Source: Antedon mediterranea
Taxonomy: Eukaryota > Animalia > Echinodermata
Reading direction: 5' to 3'
Assembly: GCF_964355755.1 (NCBI RefSeq)
Contig: NC_092672.1
Coordinates: 3,100,001-3,164,000, forward strand
DNA length: 64,000 nt
Part shown: positions 14,254 to 27,700 of the stretch, piece after piece
How the letters are laid out: each line of letters starts with the position of its first letter
Position numbering within the stretch: position 1 is the stretch's first letter
Position numbers and translations under genes: made by a program
Notes under the pieces: model-generated
Told to the model about the DNA's origin: nothing
Databases searched by the model: none
Seen by the model: the letters and a program-made list of their open reading frames with translations, nothing else

Positions 14254-17200
14254 TATATCATACTGTATTGTAGACTTGCCCCAAGTCTGTATTATATTTT
14301 TTTTTATTTATTTGTTTTTATTTCGACCGCGATTTTTGTCTGAAAATACAGACTTGTGAAACACGTATAGAAATCGATTTGCAGACCGCAAACATACGAT
14401 AAGAATGACGTAGGTTATCATACCGTATTTGGCTATATGGGGCGGGCGGTATGTAAATATGGATTTCGAATCAACCAATGATCATTTTGTTTCAAAATGA
14501 AAGAGATCGAGTACGTAGGCCTACCAGTGCTTAATGTACGATCGAGACTGTTGAAATATAAAATAGTAATGCCAAGTTGTTTTGTTTATTAATTGTTTAG
14601 TCCTTGGCCTAGGCCTCTTTCGTAGGTCCTACTCAACTCGCACGTATGACCTGCCAAATAAAACGCCAATGAAGTAGGCCTACATACCACCGGCACACAA
14701 CAGGGCTACACCACCACACAGAACAGGACAGGGTCTGGGTGGGAATTAAATCAAAATTATCTCCGCGTAATAAATGATCCATTCAATGTTTGATTTGCGG
14801 AGAAGCTAGCCTATCATATATCAAGACGAGTTTTCATGTTTCAAAGATCCCATCAAATGTTTACCAGACTACTAGGCATATAAAATAATTTCTAGCCTTC
14901 AGAACTTTCATAAATGTACCAAAGTACACATTGTCTAAACGTAACATAGCGCATGCGCATCATCTTAGTTGTTGAGTCTTTGAAATTCTTAAATATGAAT
15001 ATTTAAACGGTGTACGAGAGAGTAGCCAATCGCATGCAGCTGAAACTAGTCAACCGGATAATCGTATGCACCAAGAATTCTTGGTGTCAAACCACGTGAC
15101 TTGTGCGTGTTTCCCCAGACGGAATATCCAAAATCAAGTAGTATACGTATGAAACGCCATATGTGCAAAAATATTTATCTTTTAACTAATATTAAGACAA
15201 AACTCCGTCTGGAACCCAGACTAACTGTATTGCTATACAGTAGTCTTTTTTTTGTTATCACGTGACATACAATTTCCAGAATTCATTTTCATTTATCCAC
15301 TATATAAACTGTACAACCACGGACACTCCAGAAAAGAAAATATGATCGAAATTTGCAGAAAGAAGCAATATTATAAAACACTATTTCAAAGTTCGGAACG
15401 TTCGTAATTTTTACGGAAATTCCCCCAACTATTACGGACGTAGAGAAATGAAGACACATAGGGGCTAGGGTACTACGAATGATGGGGAATCCCTGGCAAA
15501 ATGTAATGATTATGGCTAAATCAACGACCCGTGTGACGGGGGTTTACCACGATCACAGTGTGTAGTGGCACTTCTCACGCACACAAGCAATCCAAACAGA
15601 CAACAAACACAACAAAAACGCTAGTTTTCCAACCCTGAACTTCTATAACGTTAATGATTAATATAAATATATGATGAAATGGGATCTAAATTTTAATTTA
15701 GTGGCAGAAAAAAATATTTAATATGAAATTAAAGGTGTTGCCCGGGCAACTGGGGCAACACCCCTGCGTCCGCCCCTACTGTATAGTCAAGTGCCTATGA
15801 AAATTATCCCGTTAGGCCTACATTTTATTAAAACGTATTACTATTAAAATATTAACAATGCTGCAGCATTTCATGACCCTTGTTGTTTTATTTGCTTTCC
15901 CGTCGATGATTCTCATAAACAAATCGCGATGACAAAAGAGGTGTTTTGTTTTTTTCAAATCACTAAAATATATAATGTAATGATGATCGAGCCGGACCGC
16001 TAATTTTTAAATGATCGTTTAAACCACCAGGTCGTTGAATATGCCGTGATTTTAATTGTCAAAAACATGATGTCAGTCGATGGCTCGGAGTTTCGATAAA
16101 TCTCGCGTCGCATGTGTTGCGTGGTGGTGGAAAACACTCTCAGCAAGTTTGCTTCATTAATATGCATGAGACTCTGTGACGACCCGCTTTAACGTGACGT
16201 CATTTTACTTTAGCTGCATGTGATCGAAGAATTGAAGTAGTCGTCACCGCGATCGACCCGGCGCGCGTGTAAGAAAATAATACCGGCGGCCTAGGCTAGG
16301 ACAAGTTTATAAAAGCTGAAAAACATCGTCGCGTTGTAAAAATGTAGATGTAAAGTACAGGCAAGTTGTTAGCTTGCTTTTGGTACCCTCTAGGTAAGTA
16401 GGCCTATCAGCTGCATGTTCCACATGTCGTAATTTGCGAGCTTTAGAGTGTTTGGTAAATGACATTATGAGATGTTTGTAAATCGTTTTAAACGACTTAC
16501 AATGCGCTAGAACGCCAAAATTTCCAGGGGCCCTCGGCCCCTGGACCCCCACCGGGGACCCTTGGCGGCCCCCCTGGCCCCCTGCCAATGTTTGCTCGCT
16601 TCGCTCGCAAAGCTACGCCACCCCTATTTCAATATCCTGGATCCGCCCCTGATCATGATGACGGTGAAGATTCCAGTTTTAACATGTAATTATTAAAAAA
16701 CACTATAGCAAATTAGTAAAAGGTATAAAATAATGAATGTCGACTGGAGAAAGACAATGGAACAATATGAGAATTGTTTGAAGGTACTTGCTTGGCGAAA
16801 TCAAATGTATATAAAGTTTGCAGTAGGCCTACCCACGTACGCGTATATATGAGTTCTGAAATGAATGAATTGTTGGGTTTCTCGACGTTTCAATCATTAA
16901 TTTACTTTGATCATTCTGTTTGTGAAAATCAGAAAACAAACTCCTCTCTTAAGCAAGACGCGGATCATAATTATCTATGAACATCAAAGCATAATTGATC
17001 GAAACGTTGATAAACTCACGTCATTTTCAGAACCAAATAGGTTACCGTACGTTTTATTTTAAAATTCTATTATGATCTTGACATTTAAATCGAGGATTCT
17101 GTGTGTTTTTCTAAAAATAGTTTAGTGTAAGTTTGAGTGAATAAGTATAGACTTCAGTAATCCTATTGTGTATCTACAGAAAGACCTACACCAGACTGTG

Positions 17201-17449
17201 GAATAGCTTTTGTGACGTCATGGCAAAAGTCAATAGCGACATGTGATCGTGATATTAAAGTTGACCTAAGGGGTGAAGTTGCTTCCAAATGAATATTGGA
17301 ATAATATTGATAGTTCTTTTGCAATTTATATTTTTGTATAAGTGTTTTTGGATACAATCATCAATCTACCTACCATAAAAATTATTATCTGCAAAGACGA
17401 ATTGCAATTTTGTTATTACGTGTCGGATACGTGTTTGTTTGTTTGTTCG

Positions 17450-17686
17450 ATACAATCAACATACCAAGGATTACCCATAGATCTAAGATTTCCAATGGGA
17501 TTACAATCAAAATACCAAGGATTACCCATAGATCTAACAGCTTTCCAATGGGTACAATCAACATACCAAGGATTACCCATAGATCTAAGCTTTCCAATGG
17601 GATACAATCAACATACCAAGGATTACCCATAGATCTAAGCTTTCCAATGGGATACAATCAACATACCAAGGATTACCCATAGATCT
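17450..17686. repeat. ~56-58-bp minisatellite, 4 copies (5 copies at 24305-24596)
   Basis: Unit atacaatcaacataccaaggattacccatagatctaagctttccaatggg. Confidence 0.92.
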
Positions 17687-17883
17687 AGAAGAGCTTACCA
17701 ATAGGGTCCTTATAACAAAATAGACAATTTCACAAAAATATAACAACAGTTCACAATACATCAGTCTCGCTATGCACATTACTAAGATAAAGCTTTATAG
17801 CACTTTTACTCATTAAGTGTTTTTATACCTTTTATGTTTGATGGAAGATTATTCCAATCTTTAATATAGTATGGTAATAAAAT

Positions 17884-19470
17884 AGAGTAATCTACATCAT
17901 GGTATGTATATCTTATAGGCGTGGACCTATAATAGTGGAATCTACATCATGGTATATCTTATAGGCGAGGACCTATAATAGTGTAATCTACATCATGGTA
18001 TATCTTATAGGCGTGGACCTATAATAGTGTAATCTACATCATGGTATATCTTATAGGCGTGGACCTATAATAGTGTAATCTACATCATGGTATATCTTAT
18101 AGGCGTGGACCTATAATAGTGTAATCTACATCATGGTATATCTTATAGGCGTGGACCAATAATAGAGTAATCTACATCATGGTATATCTTATAGGCGTGG
18201 ACCTATAATAGTGTAATCTACATCATGGTATATCTTATAGGCAAGGACCTATAATAGTGTAATCTACATCATGGTATATTTTATAGGCGTGGACCTATAA
18301 TAGTGTAATCTACATCATGGTATATCTTATAGGCGTGGACCAATAATAGAGTAATCTACATCATGGTATATCTTATAGGCGTGGACCTATAATAGTGTAA
18401 TCTACATCATGGTATATCTTATAGGCAAGGACCTATAATAGTGTAATCTACAACATGGTATATCTTATAGGCGTGGACCTATAATAGTGGAATCTACATC
18501 ATGGTATATCTTATAGGCGTGGACCTATAATAGTGTAATCTACATCATGGTATATTTTATAGGCGTGGACCTATAATAGTGTAATCTACATCATGGTATA
18601 TCTTATAGGCGAGGACCTATAATAGTGTAATCTACATCATGGTATATCTTATAGGCGTAGACCTATAATAGTGTAATCTACATCGTGGTATATCTTATAG
18701 GCGTGGACCTATAATAGTGTAATCTACATCATGGTATATCTTATAGGCGTGGACCTATAATAGTGGAATCTACATCATGGTATATCTTATAGGCGTGGAC
18801 CTATAATAGTGTAATCTACATCATGGTATATCTTATAGGCGTGGACCTATAATAGTGTAATCTACATCATGGTATATCTTATAGGCGTGGACCTATAATA
18901 GTGGTATCTACATCATGGTATGTATATCTTATAGGCGTGGACCTATAATAGTGGAATCTACATCATGGTATATCTTATAGGCGTGGACCAATAATAGAGT
19001 AATCTACATCATGGTATATCTTATAGGCGAGGACCTATAATAGTGTAATCTACATCATGGTATATCTTATAGGCGTGGACCAATAATAGAGTAATCTACA
19101 TCATGGTATATCTTATAGGCGAGGACCTATAATAGTGTAATCTACATCATGGTATATCTTATAGGCGTGGACCAATAATAGAGTAATCTACATCATGGTA
19201 TATCTTATAGGCGTGGACCTATAATAGTGTAATCTACATCGTGGTATATCTTATAGGCGAGGACCTATAATAGTGTAATCTACATCATGGTATATCTTAT
19301 AGGCGTGGACCTATAATAGTGTAATCTACATCATGGTATATCTTATAGGCGAGGACCTATAATAGTGTAATCTACATCGTGGTATATCTTATAGGCGAGG
19401 ACCTATAATAGTGGAATCTACATCATGGTATATCTTATAGGCGTGGACCTATAATAGTGGAATCTACATC
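17884..19470. repeat. 46-bp satellite array 1 (~34 units)
   Basis: Unit atagtgtaatctacatcatggtatatcttataggcgtggacctata. Confidence 0.97.
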
Positions 19471-19534
19471 ACGTGACATACAATTTCCAGAATTCATTTT
19501 CATTTATCCACTATATAAACTGTACAACCACGGA

Positions 19535-20596
19535 CAGGCCCGTAGCCAGGGGGGGTTTTTATGGTTCGGGCGAACCCCCCCCCCCCCTCCCCCCCCCCTT
19601 TACAGCGAACCCCCCTTAACCAACTGCAAACCCACATCCCCGACATGCCCAATACCTCACCCTCATCTCCAAAAATCCTCCAAATACGTGCCCCACAGTA
19701 CAAAAAGTTGTTTGTAAATTGAAAAATTCGTAAACTTGTTCGTGAACCTTCTTCTCTGTATGAGCGTCAACTAGTGATACGTGTCTGTAAATTTCTAAAA
19801 GCTTTTAACCTGAAAAATAAATGTTTGGTCCCTGCATGTAACATGATATTGACGCGTCTCATAGCGAGCTGGCGCACGAACGATTCGTACAAAGGACACC
19901 GCCAGACAAACTGCGTACCTATAATTGTTTAGATCACTGGCAGTCAGGCAGCATGCATAAAGTATATAGCCTTCCGACGTACATCAGTATTTATGTGTGA
20001 CTATGAAGTATAATGACGTATCATAGAGGATTATAGTGAATATTAATATTTTACACTATAATATCTATGGTATCAAGTACTGTAGTTCACATTATGGCAT
20101 CCGATTATTTTTTTCTAGACCACCAGCCGATACTTACTAAAATGTATCAATATCACCTATTTACATATTTATATTCCTCAACAAATTTCTGTAAATAAAT
20201 ATTATAGATAGAGCTAGCAAATAGCATTTGCCTTCGCCCAGTGTGCTTTTTTCGGGGCTGCTCCTAGATATACGTTCGCATTGAACTTGAACGCAAAACA
20301 AAATACGGAGTAAATGATCAAACAATCGGCGGTTCCGCACAGAGCACGCGCATCTAACATACGGCAACAAATAGTTATCGTCATTTAAATTATCGACGTG
20401 TTTGAGGAGGAGGAAAAACGTACGATCTTTTTGCTCATTGGTTATATAGCATGCTGCACGAGAGTGTCTTTTCCGGCCATCTAGGGGTGTCATTTAACAA
20501 AATTCGCTTCGCATCAGGCTGGGGGAGGGGGGAGGGGGGTTGACCCAAATATTTAGTGTCCGAACCCCCCCTTGACAGATCCTGGCTACGGCCCTG
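19535..20596 (-). mobile_element. hAT-like MITE, copy B (inverted relative to 13228-14253)
   Basis: Same TIRs, 6-bp TSD cacgga. The empty site is at ~15318-15330 (caacCACGGAcactcc). Confidence 0.9.
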
Positions 20597-21638
20597 CACG
20601 GACACTCCAGAAAAGAAAATATGATCGAAATTTGCAGAAAGAAGCAATATTATAAAACACTATTTCAAAGTTCGGAACGTTCGTAATTTTTACGGAAATT
20701 CCCCCAACTATTACGGACGTAGAGAAATGAAGACACATAGGGGCTAGGGTACTACGAATGATGGGGAATCCCTGGCAAAATGTAATGATTATGGCTAAAT
20801 CAACGACCCGTGTGACGGGGGTTTACCACGATCACAGTGTGTAGTGGCACTTCTCACGCACACAAGCAATCCAAACAGACAACAAACACAACAAAAACGC
20901 TAGTTTTCCAACCCTGAACTTCTATAACGTTAATGATTAATATAAATATATGATGAAATGGGATCTAAATTTTAATTTAGTGGCAGAAAAAAATATTTAA
21001 TATGAAATTAAAGGTGTTGCCCGGGCAACTGGGGCAACACCCCTGCGTCCGCCCCTACTGTATAGTCAAGTGCCTATGAAAATTATCCCGTTAGGCCTAC
21101 ATTTTATTAAAACGTATTACTATTAAAATATTAACAATGCTGCAGCATTTCATGACCCTTGTTGTTTTATTTGCTTTCCCGTCGATGATTCTCATAAACA
21201 AATCGCGATGACAAAAGAGGTGTTTTGTTTTTTTCAAATCACTAAATATATAATGTAATGATGATCGAGCCGGACCGCTAATTTTTAAATGATCGTTTAA
21301 ACCACCAGGTCGTTGAATATGCCGTGATTTTAATTGTCAAAAACATGATGTCAGTCGATGGCTCGGAGTTTCGATAAATCTCGCGTCGCATGTGTTGCGT
21401 GGTGGTGGAAAACACTCTCAGCAAGTTTGCTTCATTAATATGCATGAGACTCTGTGACGACCCGCTTTAACGTGACGTCATTTTACTTTAGCTGCATGTG
21501 ATCGAAGAATTGAAGTAGTCGTCACCGCGATCGACCCGGCGCGCGTGTAAGAAAATAATACCGGCGGCCTAGGCTAGGACAAGTTTATAAAAGCTGAAAA
21601 ACATCGTCGCGTTGTAAAAATGTAGATGTAAAGTACAG

Positions 21639-23268
21639 GGTTCTAGGACACCTACCCCCTAGACAGGTACCCCCCGGATGTTTACCACCCGGACAACTAC
21701 CCCCTTAGGACAACTACCCCCCGGACAACTACCCCCCGGACAACTACCCCCTTAGGACAACAACCCCCTTAGGATAACAACCCCCCGGACAACCACCCCC
21801 TTAGGACAACTACCCCCTTAGGATAACTACCCCCCGGTCAACTACCCTCCGGTCAACTACCCCCTCCCCCAATCCAAAAGTAGACAAATATATAGGACCG
21901 GTTTCTGTAAAAATGAAATCATCTGTTTTTAACGGGTGTTTCGAAACTAGAGACCCGAGACCAGAGACCTGACACGAGACCCAATACGAAAAGGGAGACC
22001 TATATTTGGGTCTCCCTTTTCGTATATTAGGGTCTCCCTTTTCGTATAGTGTGGTCTCTCTTTTCGTATAGTGGGGTCTCCCTTTTCTTATAGTGGGTCT
22101 CCCTTTTCGTATATTTAGGTCTCCCATTTCGTATTTTTGGGTCTCCCTTTTCGTATATTTGGTCTCCCTTTTCGTATATTTAGGTCTCCCTTTTCGTATA
22201 TTAGGGTCTCCCTTTTCGTATAGTGGGGTCTCCCTTTTCGTATAGTGGGGTCTCCCTTTTCGTACGTGGGTCTCCCTTTTCGTATATTTAGGTCTCCCTT
22301 TTCGTATTGGGTCTCGGGTCTCTGGTCTCTGGTCTCGGGTCTCTAGTTTCGAAACACCCGTTTTTAACCGATTATTCTGTTTAACAGCACGCTAGACCCT
22401 AGATGTGCTAGATTTAAAGTACCGTATTTATTGAAAAAACGGCCTGGGCTGTTTATTGTTTAGGTGGTTTTTAGATGGACATTTATTGGAAGAAAGTTGT
22501 TTATTCAATGGGAGAGGGTATAATCTAATGGAAATAGACGCCGATTATTCCATATGATGTTTCATGGGAGTGACATGGTCACCGTTTATTTGAGGGGAAT
22601 TTATTTAAAGATCGACGTTTATTCGGTGAGTGAACATTGAGGTCAAATATCAAAAGTGATATTATTCTTCAAGTGTACAAAAATACATATATGACAAATT
22701 TGAGACAAAAATTAAGTGGTTATCGAAGCATTGTCCTGACGCAAAAATTATTATTATTATTAGCGAACCCAGTCTTTACAGTAAATACATGGAGTACTAT
22801 ATAATACGTTCGACTATCCTATGATCATGTGTGACAATCTTCAGTTTATACCACCAGGCTATATTTATGTTCAATCTTTTACTTTTGTTTACAATAATGA
22901 ATAGTAATTCGTCAAAGTAACGAATTAAAATATAGTTATTAATTAATAGTTGCAGAGTCAGGGTTGTTGAATGGTCTGGGTGGTTAGGGTGTTCTAAAGG
23001 GATAGTTTTCTGGGTGGTAATTGTCCGGGGGGTAATTGTCCGGGGGGTAATTGTTCCTAGGGGGTAATTGTCCGGGGGGTAGTTGTCCAGGGGGTAGTTG
23101 TCCTAAGGGGGTTTTTGTCCTAAGGGGGTAGTTGTCCGGGGGGTATTTGTCCGGGGGGTAGTTGTCCTAAAGGGGTAGTTGTCCTAAGGGGGTAGTGGTC
23201 CAGGTGGTGGTTGTCCGGGGGGTAGTTGTCCGGGGGGTAAATGTCCAGGGGGTGAATATCCGGATACG
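21639..23268 (+). mobile_element. MULE-like non-autonomous element with ggacaactacccc subterminal arrays
   Basis: 9-bp TSD aaagtacag, empty site at ~16352-16360, and inverted C-rich/G-rich arrays at the two ends. Confidence 0.85.
21934..22359 (+). mobile_element. Nested MULE-like MITE with ggtctcccttttcgta internal repeats
   Basis: TIRs GGGTGTTTCGAAACTAGAGACCCGAGACC with a 9-bp TSD gtttttaac. Confidence 0.85.
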
Positions 23269-24791
23269 AAAGTACAGGCAAGTTGTTAGCTTGCTTTTGG
23301 TACCCTCTAGGTAAGTATCAGCTGCATGTTCCACATGTCGTAATTTGCGAGCTTTAGAGTGTTTGGTAAATGACATTATGAGATGTTTGTAAATCGTTTT
23401 AAACGACTTACAATGCGCTAGAACGCCCTGGCCCCCAGCCAATGTTTGCTCGCTTCGCTCGCAAAGCTACGCCACCCCTATTTCAATATCCTGGATCCGC
23501 CCCTGATCATGATGACGGTGAAGATTCCAGTTTTAACATGTAATTATTAAAAAACACTATAGCAAATTAGTAAAAGGTATAAAATAATGAATGTCGACTG
23601 GAGAAAGACAATGGAACAATATGAGAATTGTTTGAAGGTACTTGCTTGGCGAAATCAAATGTATATAAAGTTTGCAGTAGGCCTACCCACGTACGCGTAT
23701 ATATGAGTTCTGAAATGAATGAATTGTTGGGTTTCTCGACGTTTCAATCATTAATTTACTTTGATCATTCTGTTTGTGAGAATCAGAAAACAAAACTCCT
23801 CTCTTAAGCAAGACGCGGATCATAATTATCTATGAACATCAAAGCATAATTGATCGAAACGTTGATAAACTCACGTCATTTTCAGAACCAAATAGGTTAC
23901 CGTACGTTTTATTTTAAAATTCTATTATGATCTTGACATTTAAATCGAGGATTCTGTGTGTTTTTCTAAAAATAGTTTAGTGTAAGTTTGAGTGAATAAG
24001 TATAGACTTCAGTAATCCTATTGTGTATCTACAGAAAGACCTACACCAGACTGTGGAATAGCTTTTGTGACGTCACGGCAAAAGTCAATAGCGACATGTG
24101 ATCGTGATATTAAAGTTGACCTAAGGGGTGAAGTTGCTTCCAAATGAATACTGGAATAATATTGATAGTTCTTTTGCAATTTATATTTTTGTATAAGTGT
24201 TTTTGGATACAATCATCAATCTACCTACCATAAAAATTATTATCTGCAAAGACGAATTGCAATTTTGTTATTACGTGTCGGATACGTGTTTGTTTGTTTG
24301 TTCGATACAATCAACATACCAAGGATTACCCATAGATCTAAGATTTCCAATGGGATTACAATCAAAATACCAAGGATTACCCATAGATCTAACAGCTTTC
24401 CAATGGGATTGCAATCAAAATACCAAGGATTACCCATAGATCTAAGATTTCCAATGGGATTACAATCAAAATACCAAGGATTACCCATAGATCTAACAGC
24501 TTTCCAATGGGTACAATCAACATACCAAGGATTACCCATAGATCTAAGCTTTCCAATGGGATACAATCAACATACCAAGGATTACCCATAGATCTAGAAG
24601 AGCTTACCAATAGGGTCCTTATAACAAAATAGACAATTTCACAAAAATATAACAACAGTTCACAATACATCAGTCTCGCTATGCACATTACTAAGATAAA
24701 GCTTTATAGCACTTTTACTCATTAAGTGTTTTTATACCTTTTATGTTTGATGGAAGATTATTCCAATCTTTAATATAGTATGGTAATAAAA

Positions 24792-27700
24792 TAGAGTAAT
24801 CTACATCATGGTATGTATATCTTATAGGCGTGGACCTATAATAGTGGAATCTACATCATGGTATATCTTATAGGCAAGGACCTATAATAGTGTAATCTAC
24901 ATCATGGTATATCTTATAGGCGTGGACCTATAATAGTGTAATCTACATCATGGTATATCTTATAGGCGTGGACCTATAATAGTGTAATCTACATCATGGT
25001 ATATCTTATAGGCGTGGACCTATAATAGTGTAATCTACATCATGGTATATCTTATAGGCGTGGACCAATAATAGAGTAATCTACATCATGGTATATCTTA
25101 TAGGCGTGGACCTATAATAGTGTAATCTACATCATGGTATATCTTATAGGCGTGGACCTATAATAGTGTAATTTACATCATGGTATATCTTATAGGCGTG
25201 GACCAATAATAGAGTAATCTACATCATGGTATATCTTATAGGCGTGGACCTATAATAGTGTAATCTACATCATGGTATATCTTATAGGCAAGGACCTATA
25301 ATAGTGTAATCTACATCATGGTATATCTTATAGGCGTGGACCTATAATAGTGGAATCTACATCATGGTATATCTTATAGGCGTGGACCTATAATAGTGTA
25401 ATCTACATCATGGTATATCTTATAGGCGTGGACCTATAATAGTGTAATCTACATCATGGTATATCTTATAGGCGAGGACCTATAATAGTGTAATCTACAT
25501 CATGGTATATCTTATAGGCGTAGACCTATAATAGTGTAATCTACATCGTGGTATATCTTATAGGCGTGGACCTATAATAGTGTAATCTACATCATGGTAT
25601 ATCTTATAGGCGTGGACCTATAATAGTGGAATCTACATCATGGTATATCTTATAGGCGTGGACCTATAATAGTGTAATCTACATCATGGTATATCTTATA
25701 GGCGTGGACCTATAATAGTGTAATCTACATCATGGTATATCTTATAGGCGTGGACCTATAATAGTGGTATCTACATCATGGTATGTATATCTTATAGGCG
25801 TGGACCTATAATAGTGGAATCTACATCATGGTATATCTTATAGGCGTGGACCAATAATAGAGTAATCTACATCATGGTATATCTTATAGGCGAGGACCTA
25901 TAATAGTGTAATCTACATCATGGTATATCTTATAGGCGTGGACCAATAATAGAGTAATCTACATCATGGTATATCTTATAGGCGAGGACCTATAATAGTG
26001 TAATCTACATCATGGTATATCTTATAGGCGTGGACCAATAATAGAGTAATCTACATCATGGTATATCTTATAGGCGTGGACCTATAATAGTGTAATCTAC
26101 ATCGTGGTATATCTTATAGGCGAGGACCTATAATAGTGTAATCTACATTATGGTATATCTTATAGGTGTGGACCTATAATAGTGTAATCTACATCATGGT
26201 ATATATCTTATAGGCGTGGACCTATAATAGTGTAATCTACATCATGGTATATCTTATAGGCGTGGACCTATAATAGTGTAATCTACATCATGGTATATCT
26301 TATAGGCGTGGACCTATAATAGTGGTATCTACATCATGGTATGTATATCTTATAGGCGTGGACCTATAATAGTGGAATCTACATCATGGTATATCTTATA
26401 GGCGTGGACCATTAATAGAGTAATCTACATCATGGTATATCTTATAGGCGAGGACCTATAATAGTGTAATCTACATCATGGTATATCTTATAGGCGTGGA
26501 CCAATAATAGAGTAATCTACATCATGGTATATCTTATAGGCGAGGACCTATAATAGTGTAATCTACATCATGGTATATCTTATAGGCGTGAACCAATAAT
26601 AGAGTAATCTACATCATGGTATATCTTATAGGCGTGGACCTATAATAGTGTAATCTACATCATGGTATATCTTATAGGCGTGGACCTATAATAGTGTAAT
26701 CTACATCATGGTATTATCTTATAGGCGTGGACCTATAATAGTGTAATCTACATCATGGTATATCTTATAGGCGAGGACCTATAATAGTGTAATCTACATC
26801 ATGGTATATCTTATAGGCGTGGACCTATAATAGTGTAATCTACATCATGGTATATCTTATAGGCGTGGACCTATAATAGTGTAATCTACATCATGGTATA
26901 TCTTATAGGCGAGGACCTATAATAGTGTAATCTACATCATGGTATATCTTATAGGCGAGGACCTATAATAGTGTAATCTACATCATGGTATATCTTATAG
27001 GCGTGGACCTATAATAGTGTAATCTACATCATGGTATATCTTATAGGCGAGGACCAATAATAGAGTAATCTACATCATGGTATATCTTATAGGCGTAGAC
27101 CTATAATAGTGTAATCTACATCATGGTATATCTTATAGGCGTGGACCTATAATAGTGTAATCCACATCATGGTATATCTTATAGGCGTGGACCTATAATA
27201 GTGTAATCTACATCATGGTATATCTTATAGGCGTAGACCTATAATAGTGTAATCTACAACATGGTATATCTTATAGGCGTGGACCTATAATAGTGTAATC
27301 TACATCATGGTATATCTTATAGGCGAGGACCTATAATAGTGTAATCTACATCATGGTATATCTTATAGGCGTGGACCTATAATAGTGTAATCTACATCAT
27401 GGTATATCTTATAGGCGTGGACCTATAATAGTGTAATCTACATCATGGTATGTATATCTTATAGGCTTGGACCTATAATAGTGTAATCTACATCATGGTA
27501 TATCTTATAGGCGTGGACCTATAATAGTGTAATCTACATCATGGTATATCTTATAGGCGTGGACCTATAATAGTGTAATCTACATCATGGTATATCTTAT
27601 AGGCGAGGACCTATAATAGTGTAATCTACATCATGGTATATCTTATAGGCGTGGACCTATAATAGTGTAATCTACATCATGGTATATCTTATAGGCGTGG

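Larger units (their letters stand above)
11548..15778. mobile_element. Nested hAT-like element (older)
   Basis: Termini CAGGGGCGGTCGCAGG / CCTGCGTCCGCCCCTA. No TSD is recognisable. Confidence 0.5.
11055..16651. mobile_element. Non-autonomous hAT-like DNA transposon, 5.6 kb, with nested elements
   Basis: TIRs CAGTGGCGGATCTAGG / CCTGGATCCGCCCCTG and an 8-bp TSD atcatcat/atcatgat. The empty site is visible in cassette copy 2 at ~54337-54352 (gtcATCATGAGgacgg). Confidence 0.8.
15257..19470 (+). repeat. Local segmental duplication unit 1; unit 2 starts at 19468 and runs into the large satellite
   Basis: atcacgtgacatacaatttccag... recurs at 19468. The units are collinear and near-identical once the two TE insertions in unit 2 are removed. 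Confidence 0.9.
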
